The notes: generated by a model not told the origin, from the sequence alone. DNA of 64,000 nucleotides from Hydrurus foetidus (GCA_900617105.1 UYFQ01000600.1:310001-374000); one strand, 5' to 3'. Shown: positions 34,125-45,724, counted from the first letter of the stretch. Numbers and translations: made by a program.

Positions 34125-36011
34125 TTGGCGAACCTGCCGTTCTTCTCACCCTACCGCCACGGCTTCGTCCGGGTCGCCACCGCCGTGCCGAAGGTCAAGC
34201 TGGTCGATCCGGCCGCCAATGCCGCCAGCGTGCTGGACCTGGTCGGCCAGGCCGATGCGGCCGGCGTGGCGGTGCTGGTGTTCCCGGAACTGGGCCTGAC
34301 AGGCTATTCCATAGACGACCTGCTGCAGCAGAACGCCCTGCAAGACGCGGTGGAGGCCGCCATCGACACCCTGGCCCGAGCCAGCGCCACCCTGGCCCCG
34401 CTGTTCGTGGTCGGCGCGCCGCTGCGCGTGGACGGCCGCCTCTACAACACCGCCGTCGCCATCCAGGGCGGTTCGGTGCGGGGGGTGATCCCCAAGAGCT
34501 TCCTGCCCAACTATCGCGAATTCTATGAGCGCCGCTGGTTCACGCCGGGGGCCGGGGTGGTCGGAAAGACCGTGACCCTGGCCGGCGAGAGCGTGCCGTT
34601 CGGGACCGACATCCTGCTTCGGGCCGGCGGCCCGACACCCTTCACGGTGGGAATCGAAATCTGCGAGGACGTCTGGACGCCCACCCCGCCCAGCACCGCC
34701 CAGGCCATGGCCGGGGCCGAGATCCTGCTGAACCTGTCGGCCAGCAACATCACCATCGGCAAGTCGCAGACCCGCCGCCTGCTGTGCGCCAGCCAGTCGG
34801 CCCGGGCCATCGCCGCCTATGTCTATTCGGCCGCCGGAGCCGGCGAGAGCTCGACCGATGTGGCCTGGGACGGCCATGCCGACATCCACGAGATGGGCCA
34901 GCTGCTGGCCGAGACCCCGCGCTTTTCGACCACCGCCGTGATGGCCATGGCCGATGTCGATGTCGACCGCATCCGCCAGGAGCGCATGCGGGTGGTCAGC
35001 TTCGGCGACGCCGCCACCCTGGCGCCGGGCGCGTTCCGGATCGTTCCGTTCGACTTCACTCCGCCGGCCGGCGACCTGGCCCTGGCCCGCACGGTGGAGC
35101 GCTTCCCGTTCACGCCGTCGGATCCCGCGCAGCTGAGCGACAACTGCTACGAGGCCTACAACATCCAGGTCCAGGGCCTGGCCCGCCGGGTCGAGGCGTC
35201 TGGCCTGAAAAAGCTGGTGATCGGCATCTCAGGGGGTCTCGACTCGACCCACGCCCTGATCGTCGCGGCCAAGGCCATGGACCAGCTGGGCCTGCCGCGC
35301 AGCAACATCCTGGCCTACACCTGCCCGGCTTCGCCACCTCGGACCGCACCAAGTCCAACGCCTGGAAGCTGATGAAGGCGATGGGGTCAGCGCCGACGAG
35401 ATCGACATCCGCCCGGCCGCCGAACAGATGCTGAAGGACCTCGACCACCCCTATTCGCGGGGTGAGCCGGTCTATGACGTGACCTTCGAGAACATCCAGG
35501 CGGGCCTGCGCACCGACTATCTGTTCCGTCTGGCCAACCACAACGGCGCGCTTGTCGTCGGCACCGGCGACCTGTCGGAACTGGCGCTGGGCTGGTGCAC
35601 CTATGGCGTCGGCGACCAGATGAGCCACTACAATCCCAATTCGGGCGTCGCCAAGACCCTGATCCAGCACCTGATCCGCTTCGTCGCCGCCTCGGGCGAT
35701 GTCGATGCGGCGACGGCCGATCTGCTGGAGGATATCCTCGATACCGAGATCTCGCCCGAACTGGTGCCGGGCGAGCAGGTGCAGGCCACCGAGAGCTTCG
35801 TGGGACCCTATGCCCTGCAGGACTTCAATCTCTACTACCTGACCCGCTACGGCATGAGCCCGTCCAAGATCGCCTTCCTGGCCTGGACCGCCTGGCATGA
35901 CGCCGGCCAAGGCGGCTGGCCGGTCGGAACGCCCGAGGCGCAGCGCAAGGCCTATGACCTGCCGGAGATCAAACGCTGGCTGGAGCTCTTCCTGCGCCGC
36001 TTCTTCGCCAA

Positions 36012-36044
<33 letters not shown>

Positions 36045-36153
36045 GAAGATTTCCTCCGGCGGCGCGCTCTCGCCCCGCGGCGACTGGCGGATGCCGTCCG
36101 ACGCGACGGCGGAGATCTGGCTGGCGGAACTGCACGCCAATACGGCGGTCTGA
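34125..36153 (+). CDS. nadE: Glutamine-dependent NAD(+) synthetase, frameshifted (likely TTG start)
   Basis: [29 protein letters not shown] nitrilase domain; [27 protein letters not shown]. Confidence 0.95.
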
Positions 36154-36264
36154 GGCGTCGAGCCAGAAAGTTTGCCTCCTGTGCGGTTCGTCACCGGCGA
36201 TCGTTAAGAGACCCGTGCTAGTTGAGGCTTGGACCCGGTGGGGTCGATCGACCTTGGGGGCCTT

Positions 36265-37553
36265 GTGAGCGCGATCTATCCAGTGATCCTGTGCGGCGGT
36301 TCGGGCACGCGGCTGTGGCCGGCCTCGCGGGCCGACCAGCCCAAGCAGTTCCTCAAGCTGATCGGCGACTATTCCAGCTTCCAGGACACCGTGCTGCGGG
36401 TGGCGAACCTGCCCGGCCGCGCCGAGATCGTCATCGTCACCGGCGGGGCCATGGTCGAGTTCGTGCTGGCCCAGACGGCGCAGATCGGCGTGCCGGTCAC
36501 CGTGCTGGTCGAGCCGGAAGCCCGCGACAGCGCCCCGGCCGTGGCCGTGGCCGCCGCCTATGTCCAGTCGCGCGACCCACAGGGCGTGGCCCTGATGCTG
36601 GCCGCCGACCACTATATCGCCGAGCCCGAGATCTTCGGCGAAGCTGCCGTGACCGCCGCGAAAGCCGCCGCCGAGGGCTGGATCGTCACCTTCGGCGTCA
36701 AGCCGACCGCCCCGGCCACCGGCTTTGGCTATATCCGCCCGGGGCAGGCCCTGCTGAACGGCAGCGTCAGCGCCGTGGCCGCCTTCGTCGAGAAGCCCGA
36801 CCGCGCCACCGCGCAGGGCTATGTCGCCGACGGCTATCTGTGGAACAGCGGCAATTTCGCCTTCAAGGCCGACATGCTGCTGGGCGAGCTCGACGCCTTC
36901 GAGCCCACCGTCTCGGCCGCCGCCCGCGCCTGCATCGCCGCCCTGACGATCGAGGGCGGCGTCGCCCGCCTGGACAAGGCCGCCTTCGCCAGCGCCGCCA
37001 AGATCTCGCTCGACTATGCGGTGATGGAGCGCACCCAGAAGGCCGCCGTGGTCCCCGCCGCCTTCTCGTGGTCGGACCTGGGCGCCTGGGACGCCATCTG
37101 GGACGCCTTTCCCAAGGACGGCGGCCAGAACGCCGTCTCCGGCGATGTGACCCTGATCGACTGCGAACGGGTTCTGGCCCGGTCGACCGGTCCGTTCATC
37201 GGCGTCATCGGGCTTTCGGACATCGTCGTCGTGGCCGAGCCCGACGCCATTCTCGTCTGCCATCGCGACGCCAGCCAGGCCGTGAAGACCCTGGTCGACG
37301 GCCTCAAGCGCGACGGCCGCTCGATCGCCAGCGGCCGGGACCGAGGCAATGCCCGCGCAAGGTGCTGACCACCACCGCCAACGCCCAGGTCGAGCAATGG
37401 ACCTGAAGGCCGGCGAGCGTCGAGCTGCCCGCCGGCGTGGTTCAGGTGCTGGACGGCCAGGTCGAGGGGCTCGGCGCGGTCACCACGCTGGAGGCGGCCA
37501 CGACCGTTCAGGCCACGACCGCCGCCGTCCTGCTGGTTACGTCGCGGCCGTAA
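36265..37553 (+). CDS. manC: Mannose-1-phosphate guanylyltransferase with short cupin-like tail (tail frameshifted)
   Basis: ILCGGSGTRLWP, PKQFL, EPEARDSAPA, FVEKPD, WNSG, SLDYAVME, WSDLGAW. Confidence 0.88.
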
Positions 37554-38702
37554 CCGCCCGGTCCATCTCCGCGATGGCGCAGACGATGTGGTAGAACGAG
37601 GAGGCCGGGGCGGCTTCCTCGACAAAGGCGCCGTCGGGCTTGAGCTTGTCGCGCCACAGGCCCGGCGTCGGCGTGCGCAGATACTGCAGCAGGCCCTCGG
37701 CCCCCTCGGCGGCCACGCCCACCACTTGTCATCGCCCGTGACCTCGGCGGCCAGCACGCCGGCCTTGATCCGTTCGGTCTGCGGCCACAGGCGGGCGCCG
37801 GCGTCGTGGGCGGTCATGTCGTCAAGCATGGCGTTCATGCCCACGCCGCGCTCGGGATCGACGCCTTTGGTCTCGGCCAGATCGATCATCCGCAGGGCGG
37901 CGGCGATGGCGTCGGGACGCCCGGCCAGCTTGCCCCAGCGCAGCAGCAGCCAGGCCCATTCATACTGATGGCCCGGCTCCCAGATCCGGCCGGCCACGCC
38001 CGGGGCCGGGTTCCACTGGTCGTCGAAGAACTCGCGCAGCGCGCCGGTCTCGGCGGAGATGAACTTGCTCAGCGCCAGCTCGGCGATCTCGTCGGCCAGG
38101 GCCCGCCACTTGGGATCGGCGTCGATGGCGTTCCAGGCCAGGCAGGCCTCGAACAGGTGCATGTGCGGGTTGGAGTGCAGGGGTGGATCGGTGGGTGTCG
38201 ACTCGTTGAAGCCGCCCAGCGGGTTCTTCAGCGTCGCATAGAGGGTCTCGCGCACCGAGACGGCGACGTCGCGCAGATCGCTCCGACCCGTCACGGCGCA
38301 GGCATTGGCCAAAGCGAACATCGCGAACGCCTGATCGTATAGCGCCGAGGTGTCGTCCAGGCTGACCCCGCCCGGGCCGACCAGGGCGCGGAACAGGCCG
38401 TCGGGCTTGCGATAGACGTCGAGATAATAGCTCAGGCCGTGCTCGACCGCCTCGCGCCACGGGCCGGTCCAGCCCAGGTCCCTGGCGGCGGCGAAGGCGT
38501 AGATCTGGCGCGGCAGCACCCGGCCCCGGCGCGGCGAGTCCCTGGCCTCGCCCGATTGCTCGATGGTCTCGAAGAAGCCGCCACCCTTATGATCGGCCCC
38601 GACCGTCCACCACAGCGGGAAGGCGGTCGACAGCGCCCAGCCCTTCAGCCGGTCGCGCAGGCGAGCGGCGTCATTGAAGGCGCCGTTCAGGGTGTCGGGC
38701 AT
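37537..38702 (-). CDS. AGE-family epimerase/isomerase (type III mannose-6-phosphate isomerase-like), frameshift near 37725
   Basis: RQIYAFA, YDQAF, NPHMHLFEA, EPGHQYEWAWLL, RLWPQTE, SSFYHI. Confidence 0.88.
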
Positions 38703-38802
38703 CGAGAACTCTCCAGGTGCGGGTGTTTTCTAATCGTGTTCTTGCCTCCCCGCCAAGACGATGGCTTGGCGCCCTGCGGCGACAGGCGATAAAGCTCGAC
38801 CT

Positions 38803-39339
38803 ATGGACAGTCTACCGCCCCTTCGCGCCGTGTTCCTCGACCGGGACGGCGTGCTGAATATCGATCACGGCTATGTCGCCGATCCTGCCCGGCTGGACTG
38901 GATCGACGGCGCGCGCGAGGCCGTGGCGGCCATGACCCGGTCAGGCCTGAAGGTGATGGTGGTCACCAACCAGTCAGGGATCGGCCGCGGCTATTTCAAG
39001 GAAGCCGCCATGCACGACTTCCATGCCGCGATGCAGGCCCAGCTGGCCCCTCTGGGCGGCCAGATCGACGCCTTCTATTTCGCCCCCCATCACGAGAACG
39101 CCGCCATCGACGCCTATCGCGTCAGCGACCATCCCGACCGCAAGCCCAACCCGGGCATGGTGCTGCGGGGCCTGGCCGATTTCGGCCTGACCCCCGCCGA
39201 GGCGGTGATCATCGGCGACCGGTCCAGCGACGTCGAGGCCGGACGCCGCGCTGGCCTGCCAGGCTATCTGTTCCGGGGCGGCGACCTGCACGCCTTCGTT
39301 ATCGAGGTGCTGGGCGACCGGGTTCCGGGCCTGAAATGA
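38803..39339 (+). CDS. gmhB: D-glycero-D-manno-heptose 1,7-bisphosphate phosphatase (HAD IIIA)
   Basis: FLDRDGVLN, VTNQSGIGRG, RKPNPGM, IGDRSSD. Confidence 0.9.
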   Translation: MDSLPPLRAVFLDRDGVLNIDHGYVADPARLDWIDGAREAVAAMTRSGLKVMVVTNQSGIGRGYFKEAAMHDFHAAMQAQLAPLGGQIDAFYFAPHHENAAIDAYRVSDHPDRKPNPGMVLRGLADFGLTPAEAVIIGDRSSDVEAGRRAGLPGYLFRGGDLHAFVIEVLGDRVPGLK

Positions 39340-40217
39340 CCCTGAAGGTCCTGCAGTTCGGGGCCACGGGGCAGGTCGGCCAGGCGCTGATCGCCGCGGC
39401 GACGGACAGGGTCGCCCTGAAGACCCTCTCGCGGGCCGAGGTCGAGCTGACCGATCCCGCAGCCGTCCGCGCCGCGATCCTGGCGGCCGATTGCGACCTG
39501 GTCTGGAACGCCGCCGCCTTCACGATGGTGGACAGGGCGCAGGCCGAACCCGAGGCCGCCTTCGCGGTCAACGGGGTCGCGCCCGGGGCCATGGCCGCCG
39601 CCTGCGCCGAGCGCGGCCTGCCCTTCATTCATCTGTCGACCGACAGCGTCTTCGACGGCCAGACGACCCGACCCTATGTCGAAACCGACGCCGCCGAGCC
39701 GATCAGCGTCTATGGCCGCTCGAAACTGGCCGGCGAGCAGGCCGTGCTGGCCCACCCGCGCACGACGGTGCTGCGGGTCTCCTGGGTGTTCTCGCCGTAT
39801 GGCCGAAACTACGTCGCGTTCATGCTGGAACTGGGCCGCACGCGCGAGGTGCTGAAGGTGGTCGCAGACCAGTATGGCAGCCCCACCGACGGCGAGGCCC
39901 TGGCCGGGTTCATGGTCGCCAGCGCCGGGCGCTGGGCGGGCGCGGGAGCCGATGATCCGGCCTTTGGCCTGTTCCACTTCGCCAATGCCGGCGAGACCAG
40001 CCGTTTTGCGTTCGCCAAGGCCGCCCTCGACCGCGACCCGCTGACCCGGGCGCGGCTGGAACCAACGACCCAGGCCGCTTTCGCCGAGGCCGCCGCCCGG
40101 CCGCCGCGCTCGCCGCTGGACAGCGGCAAGCTGGCCGCGACCTTCGGCTTCACCCCCCAGCCCTGGAAGCCGGCCGTCGAGCGGGTGGCCGACCAGCTGG
40201 TCCGTAACGGCTTGTGA
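39336..40217 (+). CDS. rfbD: dTDP-4-dehydrorhamnose reductase family, second paralog
   Basis: GATGQVG, STDSVFDG, YGRSKLAGE, DQYGSPT, ARPPRS. Confidence 0.88.
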   Translation: MTLKVLQFGATGQVGQALIAAATDRVALKTLSRAEVELTDPAAVRAAILAADCDLVWNAAAFTMVDRAQAEPEAAFAVNGVAPGAMAAACAERGLPFIHLSTDSVFDGQTTRPYVETDAAEPISVYGRSKLAGEQAVLAHPRTTVLRVSWVFSPYGRNYVAFMLELGRTREVLKVVADQYGSPTDGEALAGFMVASAGRWAGAGADDPAFGLFHFANAGETSRFAFAKAALDRDPLTRARLEPTTQAAFAEAAARPPRSPLDSGKLAATFGFTPQPWKPAVERVADQLVRNGL

Positions 40218-40294
40218 ACGCGCCGATGCTGGCGCGCGGCGGCCCATCGCGATAAACCGGCCCCAACCTCACAAAAAATCAGCGCAAGAGTCCC

Positions 40295-40948
40295 ATGCAG
40301 ATCTTCCTCGACAGCACCGACACCAAGGTCATCGCCGACCTGGCCTCCACCGGCCTCGTGGACGGCGTGACCACCAACCCGACCCTGATCGCCAAGTCGG
40401 GCCGTCCGATGCTGGAAGTGATCGCCGAGATCTGCGACCTGGTGCCCGGCCCGATCAGCGCCGAAGTCGCCGCCACCACCGCCGACGCCATGATCGCCGA
40501 AGGCACGAAGCTGGCCGGCATCGCCCCCAATGTGGTGGTCAAGATCCCGCTGACCCGCGATGGCCTGATCGCCTGCGCCGCCTTCGCCAGCGAGGGCATC
40601 TCGACCAATGTCACCCTGTGCTTCTCGCCGACCCAGGCCCTGCTGGCCGCCAAGGCCGGCGCGACCTTCGTCTCGCCGTTCATCGGCCGGCTGGACGACT
40701 ACGGCTTCGACGGCATGGACCTGATCCGCGACATCCGCACGATCTATGACAATTTCGGCTACGAGACCGAGATCCTGGCCGCCTCGGTGCGCAACGTCGC
40801 CCACGTCAAGGACGCGGCCATCGTCGGCGCCGATGTCGTCACCATCCCGCCCGCCGTGTTCAGCGACCTGTTCAAGCACCCGCTGACCGACAAGGGCCTG
40901 GAACAGTTCATGAAGGACTGGGCCGGCACCGGACAATCGATCCTCTAG
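40295..40948 (+). CDS. Transaldolase / fructose-6-phosphate aldolase (short FSA type)
   Basis: [42 protein letters not shown]. Confidence 0.95.
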   Translation: MQIFLDSTDTKVIADLASTGLVDGVTTNPTLIAKSGRPMLEVIAEICDLVPGPISAEVAATTADAMIAEGTKLAGIAPNVVVKIPLTRDGLIACAAFASEGISTNVTLCFSPTQALLAAKAGATFVSPFIGRLDDYGFDGMDLIRDIRTIYDNFGYETEILAASVRNVAHVKDAAIVGADVVTIPPAVFSDLFKHPLTDKGLEQFMKDWAGTGQSIL

Positions 40949-40957
40949 AGCGATCTG

Positions 40958-40991
40958 ATGAACGGCGCCGGACTCGCCCGGCGCCGTTCAT
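40958..40991. terminator. 14-bp hairpin after transaldolase
   Basis: atgaacggcgccgg-actcgc-ccggcgccgttcat; no clear U-tract. Confidence 0.55.
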
Positions 40992-41079
40992 ATGAACACT
41001 GATTATTTCGCTTACGCGAACTGTGTTCGCATTTGCGATCTCGTGCGTTAGGGTGGCAACAGCCACAGGGGAGACTGTC

Positions 41080-41313
41080 ATGGTCCCGACCGACGCCACC
41101 GCCGAGATCCGCCTTGCCGATTCCGCCGAGGCCGCCAGCTTCTCGACCTTTGTTCAGGGCTTCCTGTCGGCCAACGGTTTTCCGTTCGTGATCATCCATG
41201 ACGCGCCCGAGTTCGCCGGCCACATGCGTCGCGTGGTCTTCGAGGACGCCAGGGTCAGCCGCAAGTTCGCCCAGGAATGGGTGCGGCTGCGCGGAACCCT
41301 GGGCCAGGCCTAA
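41080..41313 (+). CDS. Small hypothetical protein (77 aa)
   Basis: GGAG RBS, genome-typical codon usage, MVPTDATAEIRL... Confidence 0.7.
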   Translation: MVPTDATAEIRLADSAEAASFSTFVQGFLSANGFPFVIIHDAPEFAGHMRRVVFEDARVSRKFAQEWVRLRGTLGQA

Positions 41314-41540
41314 AGCCGCGCGACCACCTTGGGATGATCCTTCCAGGCCGGCATGCGGGCCATGTAGGCGATCGTCTCGCGCTCGGCCTGGGCGCGAGGG
41401 CTGCCGCGCCGCTCCTGCCATTGCACCATGCGCTCGAAGCGGGTGTCAAAGTCCTGCAGGGTCCCGTCCTCGGTGACGCAGTGCTGGCAATACTGGCCAT
41501 TGTCGATCGGCATGCCGCAGCTTTCGCAGTTGTGGCTCAT
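41310..41540 (-). CDS. Zinc-ribbon domain protein
   Basis: CESCGMP...YCQHC...MPAWK; ATGA overlap with the upstream MarR gene. Confidence 0.8.
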   Translation of the reverse strand: MSHNCESCGMPIDNGQYCQHCVTEDGTLQDFDTRFERMVQWQERRGSPRAQAERETIAYMARMPAWKDHPKVVARL

Positions 41541-41969
41541 GGTCGGGCTCCTTTCAGCTGGGTGACGTAGGTCTGGAAAAGATCGAGCAGGGCCCCGCGC
41601 TGCACCGGCGTCAGTCGCTCGGCGGCCCTGGCCAGAAGGTCGTGGTCGAGCACCTCGCGCGCCCCGGCGAGAGCCGCCTGGCCGGCGTCGGTCAGCCAGA
41701 TCAGGCTGCGGCGGGCGTCCAGCGGATCGCGGTCGCGGGTCAGCAGGCCCTTGTCGACCAGATGATCGACCATCTCGCTGAGCGTGCTGGGCGCGCGATC
41801 GATGTGGCGCGACAGCTCGCCGGAGGTCAGGGGTCCCGCCGCCGCCAGATGGTCGAGCAGGGCCACCGTCTCGGGCGACAGCCGCTCGCGCCGATCCCGA
41901 ACGCGGCGCACGGCGGTCATAGACGGCGCGGAACAGGCTCTCGAAATCCGTGGCGAAGGCTTGGGTCAT
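41537..41969 (-). CDS. MarR-family transcriptional regulator (frameshift near 41920)
   Basis: GPLTSGELSRHIDRAPSTLSEMVDHLVDKGLL..DPLDARRSLIWLTDAG. Confidence 0.88.
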
Positions 41970-42041
41970 GGCGCGACGCTATGACCGCGATATTGCTTCG
42001 TAAATCCCGAACGACCTGAGCGAACCGAGAGGCGCGCCGCC

Positions 42042-42996
42042 TCAGGATCCGGTCGGCGGGGTCGACTTGCCCGCCCCGGATTTACGCCGGCGCATCGGAG
42101 CCTTCAGCCCAAACAGGTGATGTTCCCCTTCGCCCGGCATGGCCGGCGAGGGATCCACGGCCTTGGTCGGGCGCGGCGGCGGCAGGTCGGTGCGCGCCGG
42201 GTCTTCGGACAGCAGATGGGCGGTCAGCATCAGGTCGGTCTTGACCGAGGCGAAATCCTCCCTGGCCGTCCAGGCCCGGATCGCGGCCTGGGCGAAGGCT
42301 TCGGACAGGTCGGTGACCTCGATCTGCACGGCCGGCTCCTTGCGGATGCGCGGGTCGTGCTCGGCCCGCTCGCGCAGGCGCTTGAGCACCGCCACCAGAT
42401 CGGTCTTCAGGGGCACCTTGAACAGCACGTCCACGCGGCGGGTGCGGTGGGCCGAATAGTTCAGGATCACATCGCCGAACACCTTGCTGTTGGGGATCAT
42501 CACCTTGACGTTGTCGAAGGTGGCGATCTCGGTAAACAGCAGATCCAGCGACTTGACCGTGCCGACGCGCGTCACGGTCTCGATCACGTCGCCGACCCGA
42601 TAGGGCCGAAACAGCAGGATCATCACCCCGGCGGCCACGTTCGACAGGGCGCCCTGCAGGGCCAGGCCGATGGCCAGGGACGCCGCGCCGAGAACGGCGA
42701 TGATCGAGGTGGCCTGAACCCCGACCTGCTGCAGCACCGCCACCAGGCCGACGGCGATCACCGCATAGCGCACCAGCGAGGCGCCGAAGGTTTCCAGGGT
42801 CTGGTCGGGGTTGTTGCGGTGGACGCGTCCCAGGGTCCGGCGCACCGCCTTGGCGGCCCAGCCGGCGACCCAGGATCAGGGCGGCGACCACCAGATTGAC
42901 CGCCACCTTGCCGACCCAGTCGAGGAAGTGCCCCAGCACGGTCTCGTCGGCCCAGATGTTGGCGACGGCGGGCAGGCGGGCGTCGGGCGGAATCAC
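42042..42996 (-). CDS. mscS: Small-conductance mechanosensitive channel (frameshift near 42870; start approximate)
   Basis: LGAASLAIGLALQGALSNVAAG, RPYRVGD, IPNSKV, NYS. Confidence 0.88.
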
Positions 42997-43161
42997 GGTG
43001 GGCTTGGTCGGACCTCTCGATGGCGCCCCCGCCAGAGCGGTCAACGAACAGGGCCCTTGGGCCGTTCCCGACCCCACCGCGAGCTCCGCTTCGCGCCGGC
43101 GAAACAGTCGGTTACATCAATTGGTCGAACTCGCCTCGATCCGCCTCTATGAGCGCCGCCC

Positions 43162-44322
43162 ATGAGCATGCCCTTCATCGACCTGGCCGCCCAGCAACGC
43201 CGGATCCGCGACAAGATCGACGCCGCCATCGCCGGCGTGCTCGACAGCAGGGCCTATGTGATGGGTCCGCAGGTTCGCGCGTTCGAAAGCCAGCTGGCCG
43301 CCTTTGGCGAGGCCAGGCTGGCCCTGTCCTGCGCCAACGGCACCGACGCCATCGCCCTGCCGCTGATGGCCTGGGGCATCGGCAAGGGCGATGCGGTGTT
43401 CTGTCCGTCCTTCACCTTCGCCGCGACGCCCGAAGTGGTGCCGTGGGTCGATGCGACGCCGGTGTTTGTCGATATCCTGCCCGACACCTTCAACCTCGAT
43501 CCCGCCGCGCTGGAGGCCGCGATCGCCGGCGTGAAGGCCGATGGCAAGCTGACGCCCAAGGTGGTGATCGCCGTCGATCTGTTCGGCCAGCCCGCCGACT
43601 ATCCGGCCATCAAGGCGATCTGCGAGCGCGAGGGGATGAAGCTGATCGCCGACAGCGCCCAGGGTTTCGGCTGCACGCTGAACGGCCATCACCCGCTGCA
43701 CTGGGCTGATGTGGCCACCACCAGCTTCTTCCCGGCCAAGCCGCTGGGCTGCTATGGCGACGGCGGCGCGGTGCTGACCAATGACCAGGACCTGTGGGAC
43801 CTGATGGACAGCTACCGCGTCCACGGCAAGGCGGTGGCTCCGGACCTGGTGGGCCGCACCTTCGACCACGACACCAAATATCTGAACACCCGCATCGGCA
43901 TGAACTCGCGACTGGACACGATCCAGGCGGCGATCCTGATCGAGAAGCTGGCGATCTTCGCCGAGGAAATCCAGCTGCGTCAGACCGTGGCCGACCGCTA
44001 TGCGGCGGGCCTTGAAGGCGCGGTGCTGGCGGTTCCCAAGGTGATCGACGGCGGCGTCTCGGTGTGGGCCCAGTACGTCATCGAACACGAAAACCGCGAC
44101 GGCCTGGCCGCGCATCTGAAGACGCAGGGCATTCCCACCGCGGTCTATTATCCGGTGCCGATGCACATCCAGGCGCCCTATGCGGACTTCCCGCGCGGCG
44201 TGGGCGGCCTGCCGGTCACCGAGACCAAGGCCGAGACCGTGCTGGCCCTGCCGATGCATCCGTATCTGGAAGCGGCCGAGCAGCAGAAGATCATCGACGC
44301 GATCCGCGCCTTCAACGGCTAG
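43162..44322 (+). CDS. DegT/DnrJ/EryC1/StrS PLP-dependent sugar aminotransferase
   Basis: NGTDA, DSAQGFG, SFFPAKPLGCYGDGG, NSRLDTIQAA. Confidence 0.95.
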   Translation: MSMPFIDLAAQQRRIRDKIDAAIAGVLDSRAYVMGPQVRAFESQLAAFGEARLALSCANGTDAIALPLMAWGIGKGDAVFCPSFTFAATPEVVPWVDATPVFVDILPDTFNLDPAALEAAIAGVKADGKLTPKVVIAVDLFGQPADYPAIKAICEREGMKLIADSAQGFGCTLNGHHPLHWADVATTSFFPAKPLGCYGDGGAVLTNDQDLWDLMDSYRVHGKAVAPDLVGRTFDHDTKYLNTRIGMNSRLDTIQAAILIEKLAIFAEEIQLRQTVADRYAAGLEGAVLAVPKVIDGGVSVWAQYVIEHENRDGLAAHLKTQGIPTAVYYPVPMHIQAPYADFPRGVGGLPVTETKAETVLALPMHPYLEAAEQQKIIDAIRAFNG

Positions 44323-44424
44323 AGCGCGGGACCGGCAGCGGCTAGCCGACTGTCACATCAGGGGGCTATAGGACGGGCGTAGCGTCGCGCCTTCCGTCGG
44401 ACGTCGTCCAGACCGAGGCTTCCC

Positions 44425-45660
44425 ATGTCGCACGCACAGCAGACACCCCCGCCCCATCCCGGCATGGGCTTCAAGCAGTTCGTCGCCCTGATCGCGGCGA
44501 TGATGGCGACCAACGCCCTGGCCATCGACTCGATGCTGCCGGCCCTGCCGCAGATCGGCCATGCCCTGGGCGTGGCCAGCGCCAACCAGCATCAGTGGAT
44601 CATCACCGCCTATCTGCTGGGCTTTGGCGCGGCGCAGCTGTTCTATGGCCCGCTGGCCGACCGTTTCGGGCGCAAGCCGGTGCTGATGGTCGGCCTGGCC
44701 CTCTATGTGCTGTTCGCCGGTCTGTGCGCCTTTTCCACCTCGTTCGAGATGCTGCTGATCGCCCGGGCCCTGTGCGGCGTGGGCGCGGCCGCCACCCGGG
44801 TGCTGTCGGTGTCGATCGTCCGCGACTGCTATAGCGGGCGGGAGATGGCCAAGGTGATGTCGCTGTCGTTCATCGTCTTCCTGGCCGTGCCGATCATCGC
44901 GCCTTCGGTGGGCCAGGCCATCGTGCTGGTCGCGCCGTGGCCGTGGATCTTCCTGGTCCTGGCGATCTTCGGCCTGCTGGTCATCGCCTGGGCGGCCGTC
45001 AAGCTGCCCGAGACCCTGCATCCGCAGGACCGTGTTCCGCTGGAAGCTGCGCCCGTGCTCGCGGCCTTCAGGGCCTGCCTGACCAACCGCATCGCCGTCG
45101 GCTACACCCTGGCCGCCACCCTGGTGCTGGGCGGCCTGTTCGGCTTCCTCAACTCGGCCCAGCAGGTGTTTGTCGACGTGCTGGGGGCGGGCAAGCTGTT
45201 CACCGTCATCTTCGCCGGCATCGCAGGGGGCATCGCCATCGCCTCGCTGGTCAATTCCAGGATCGTCGGCAAGCTGGGCATGCGGAGGGTCTCGCACGTG
45301 GCCCTGTGCGGCTACATCGCCTTCGCCGCCGTCCACGCGGTGATCGCCCTGACCGGCCACGAGACCCTGTGGACCTTCGCCATCCTGCAGACCTGCATGA
45401 TGTTCTGCTTTGGCCTGACGATGTCGAACTTCGGCGCCCTGGCCATGGAGCCCCTGGGCCATCTGGCCGGCACAGCGGCCTCGGTGCAGGTTTCATCACC
45501 ATCGGCGGCGGCCCTGTTCGGCTTCTGGATCGGCCAGCTGTTCGACGGCACCGTGGCGCCCCTGACCCTGGGCTTCACCGGCTTTGGTCTGGCGGGCCTG
45601 GTCGCCGTGCTGATCACCGAAAAGGGCCGGCTGTTCCACGCCGGGTCCGAGGCCGCCTAG
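44425..45660 (+). CDS. Bcr/CflA-family multidrug MFS transporter
   Basis: IDSMLPALP, GPLADRFGRKPV, IIAPSVG, LPETL; about 12 TM segments. Confidence 0.92.
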   Translation: MSHAQQTPPPHPGMGFKQFVALIAAMMATNALAIDSMLPALPQIGHALGVASANQHQWIITAYLLGFGAAQLFYGPLADRFGRKPVLMVGLALYVLFAGLCAFSTSFEMLLIARALCGVGAAATRVLSVSIVRDCYSGREMAKVMSLSFIVFLAVPIIAPSVGQAIVLVAPWPWIFLVLAIFGLLVIAWAAVKLPETLHPQDRVPLEAAPVLAAFRACLTNRIAVGYTLAATLVLGGLFGFLNSAQQVFVDVLGAGKLFTVIFAGIAGGIAIASLVNSRIVGKLGMRRVSHVALCGYIAFAAVHAVIALTGHETLWTFAILQTCMMFCFGLTMSNFGALAMEPLGHLAGTAASVQVSSPSAAALFGFWIGQLFDGTVAPLTLGFTGFGLAGLVAVLITEKGRLFHAGSEAA

Positions 45661-45724
45661 AGCTTTCTGTTTTCGCATCGTTTTTGCGGAAAACCGGCAT
45701 CCACTTTTCCGCACGATGCTCTAG
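45657..45724. mobile_element. Short CTAG-bounded MITE-like repeat (CIR/RIME/BRU-RS-like)
   Basis: ctagagc ... gctctag termini; internal gcatcgt..gcggaaaa-ccggcatccac-ttttccgc-acgatgc palindrome; both flanking genes stop on its TAGs. Confidence 0.7.

Noticed and set aside
35110..37263. Long antisense or alternative-frame ORFs (e.g. 717 aa here, 58805-60550 upstream part, 31109-34108 tail, 9536-11383 ends)
   Set aside because: Shadow ORFs of high-GC genes, or run-ons caused by indels; no independent motifs
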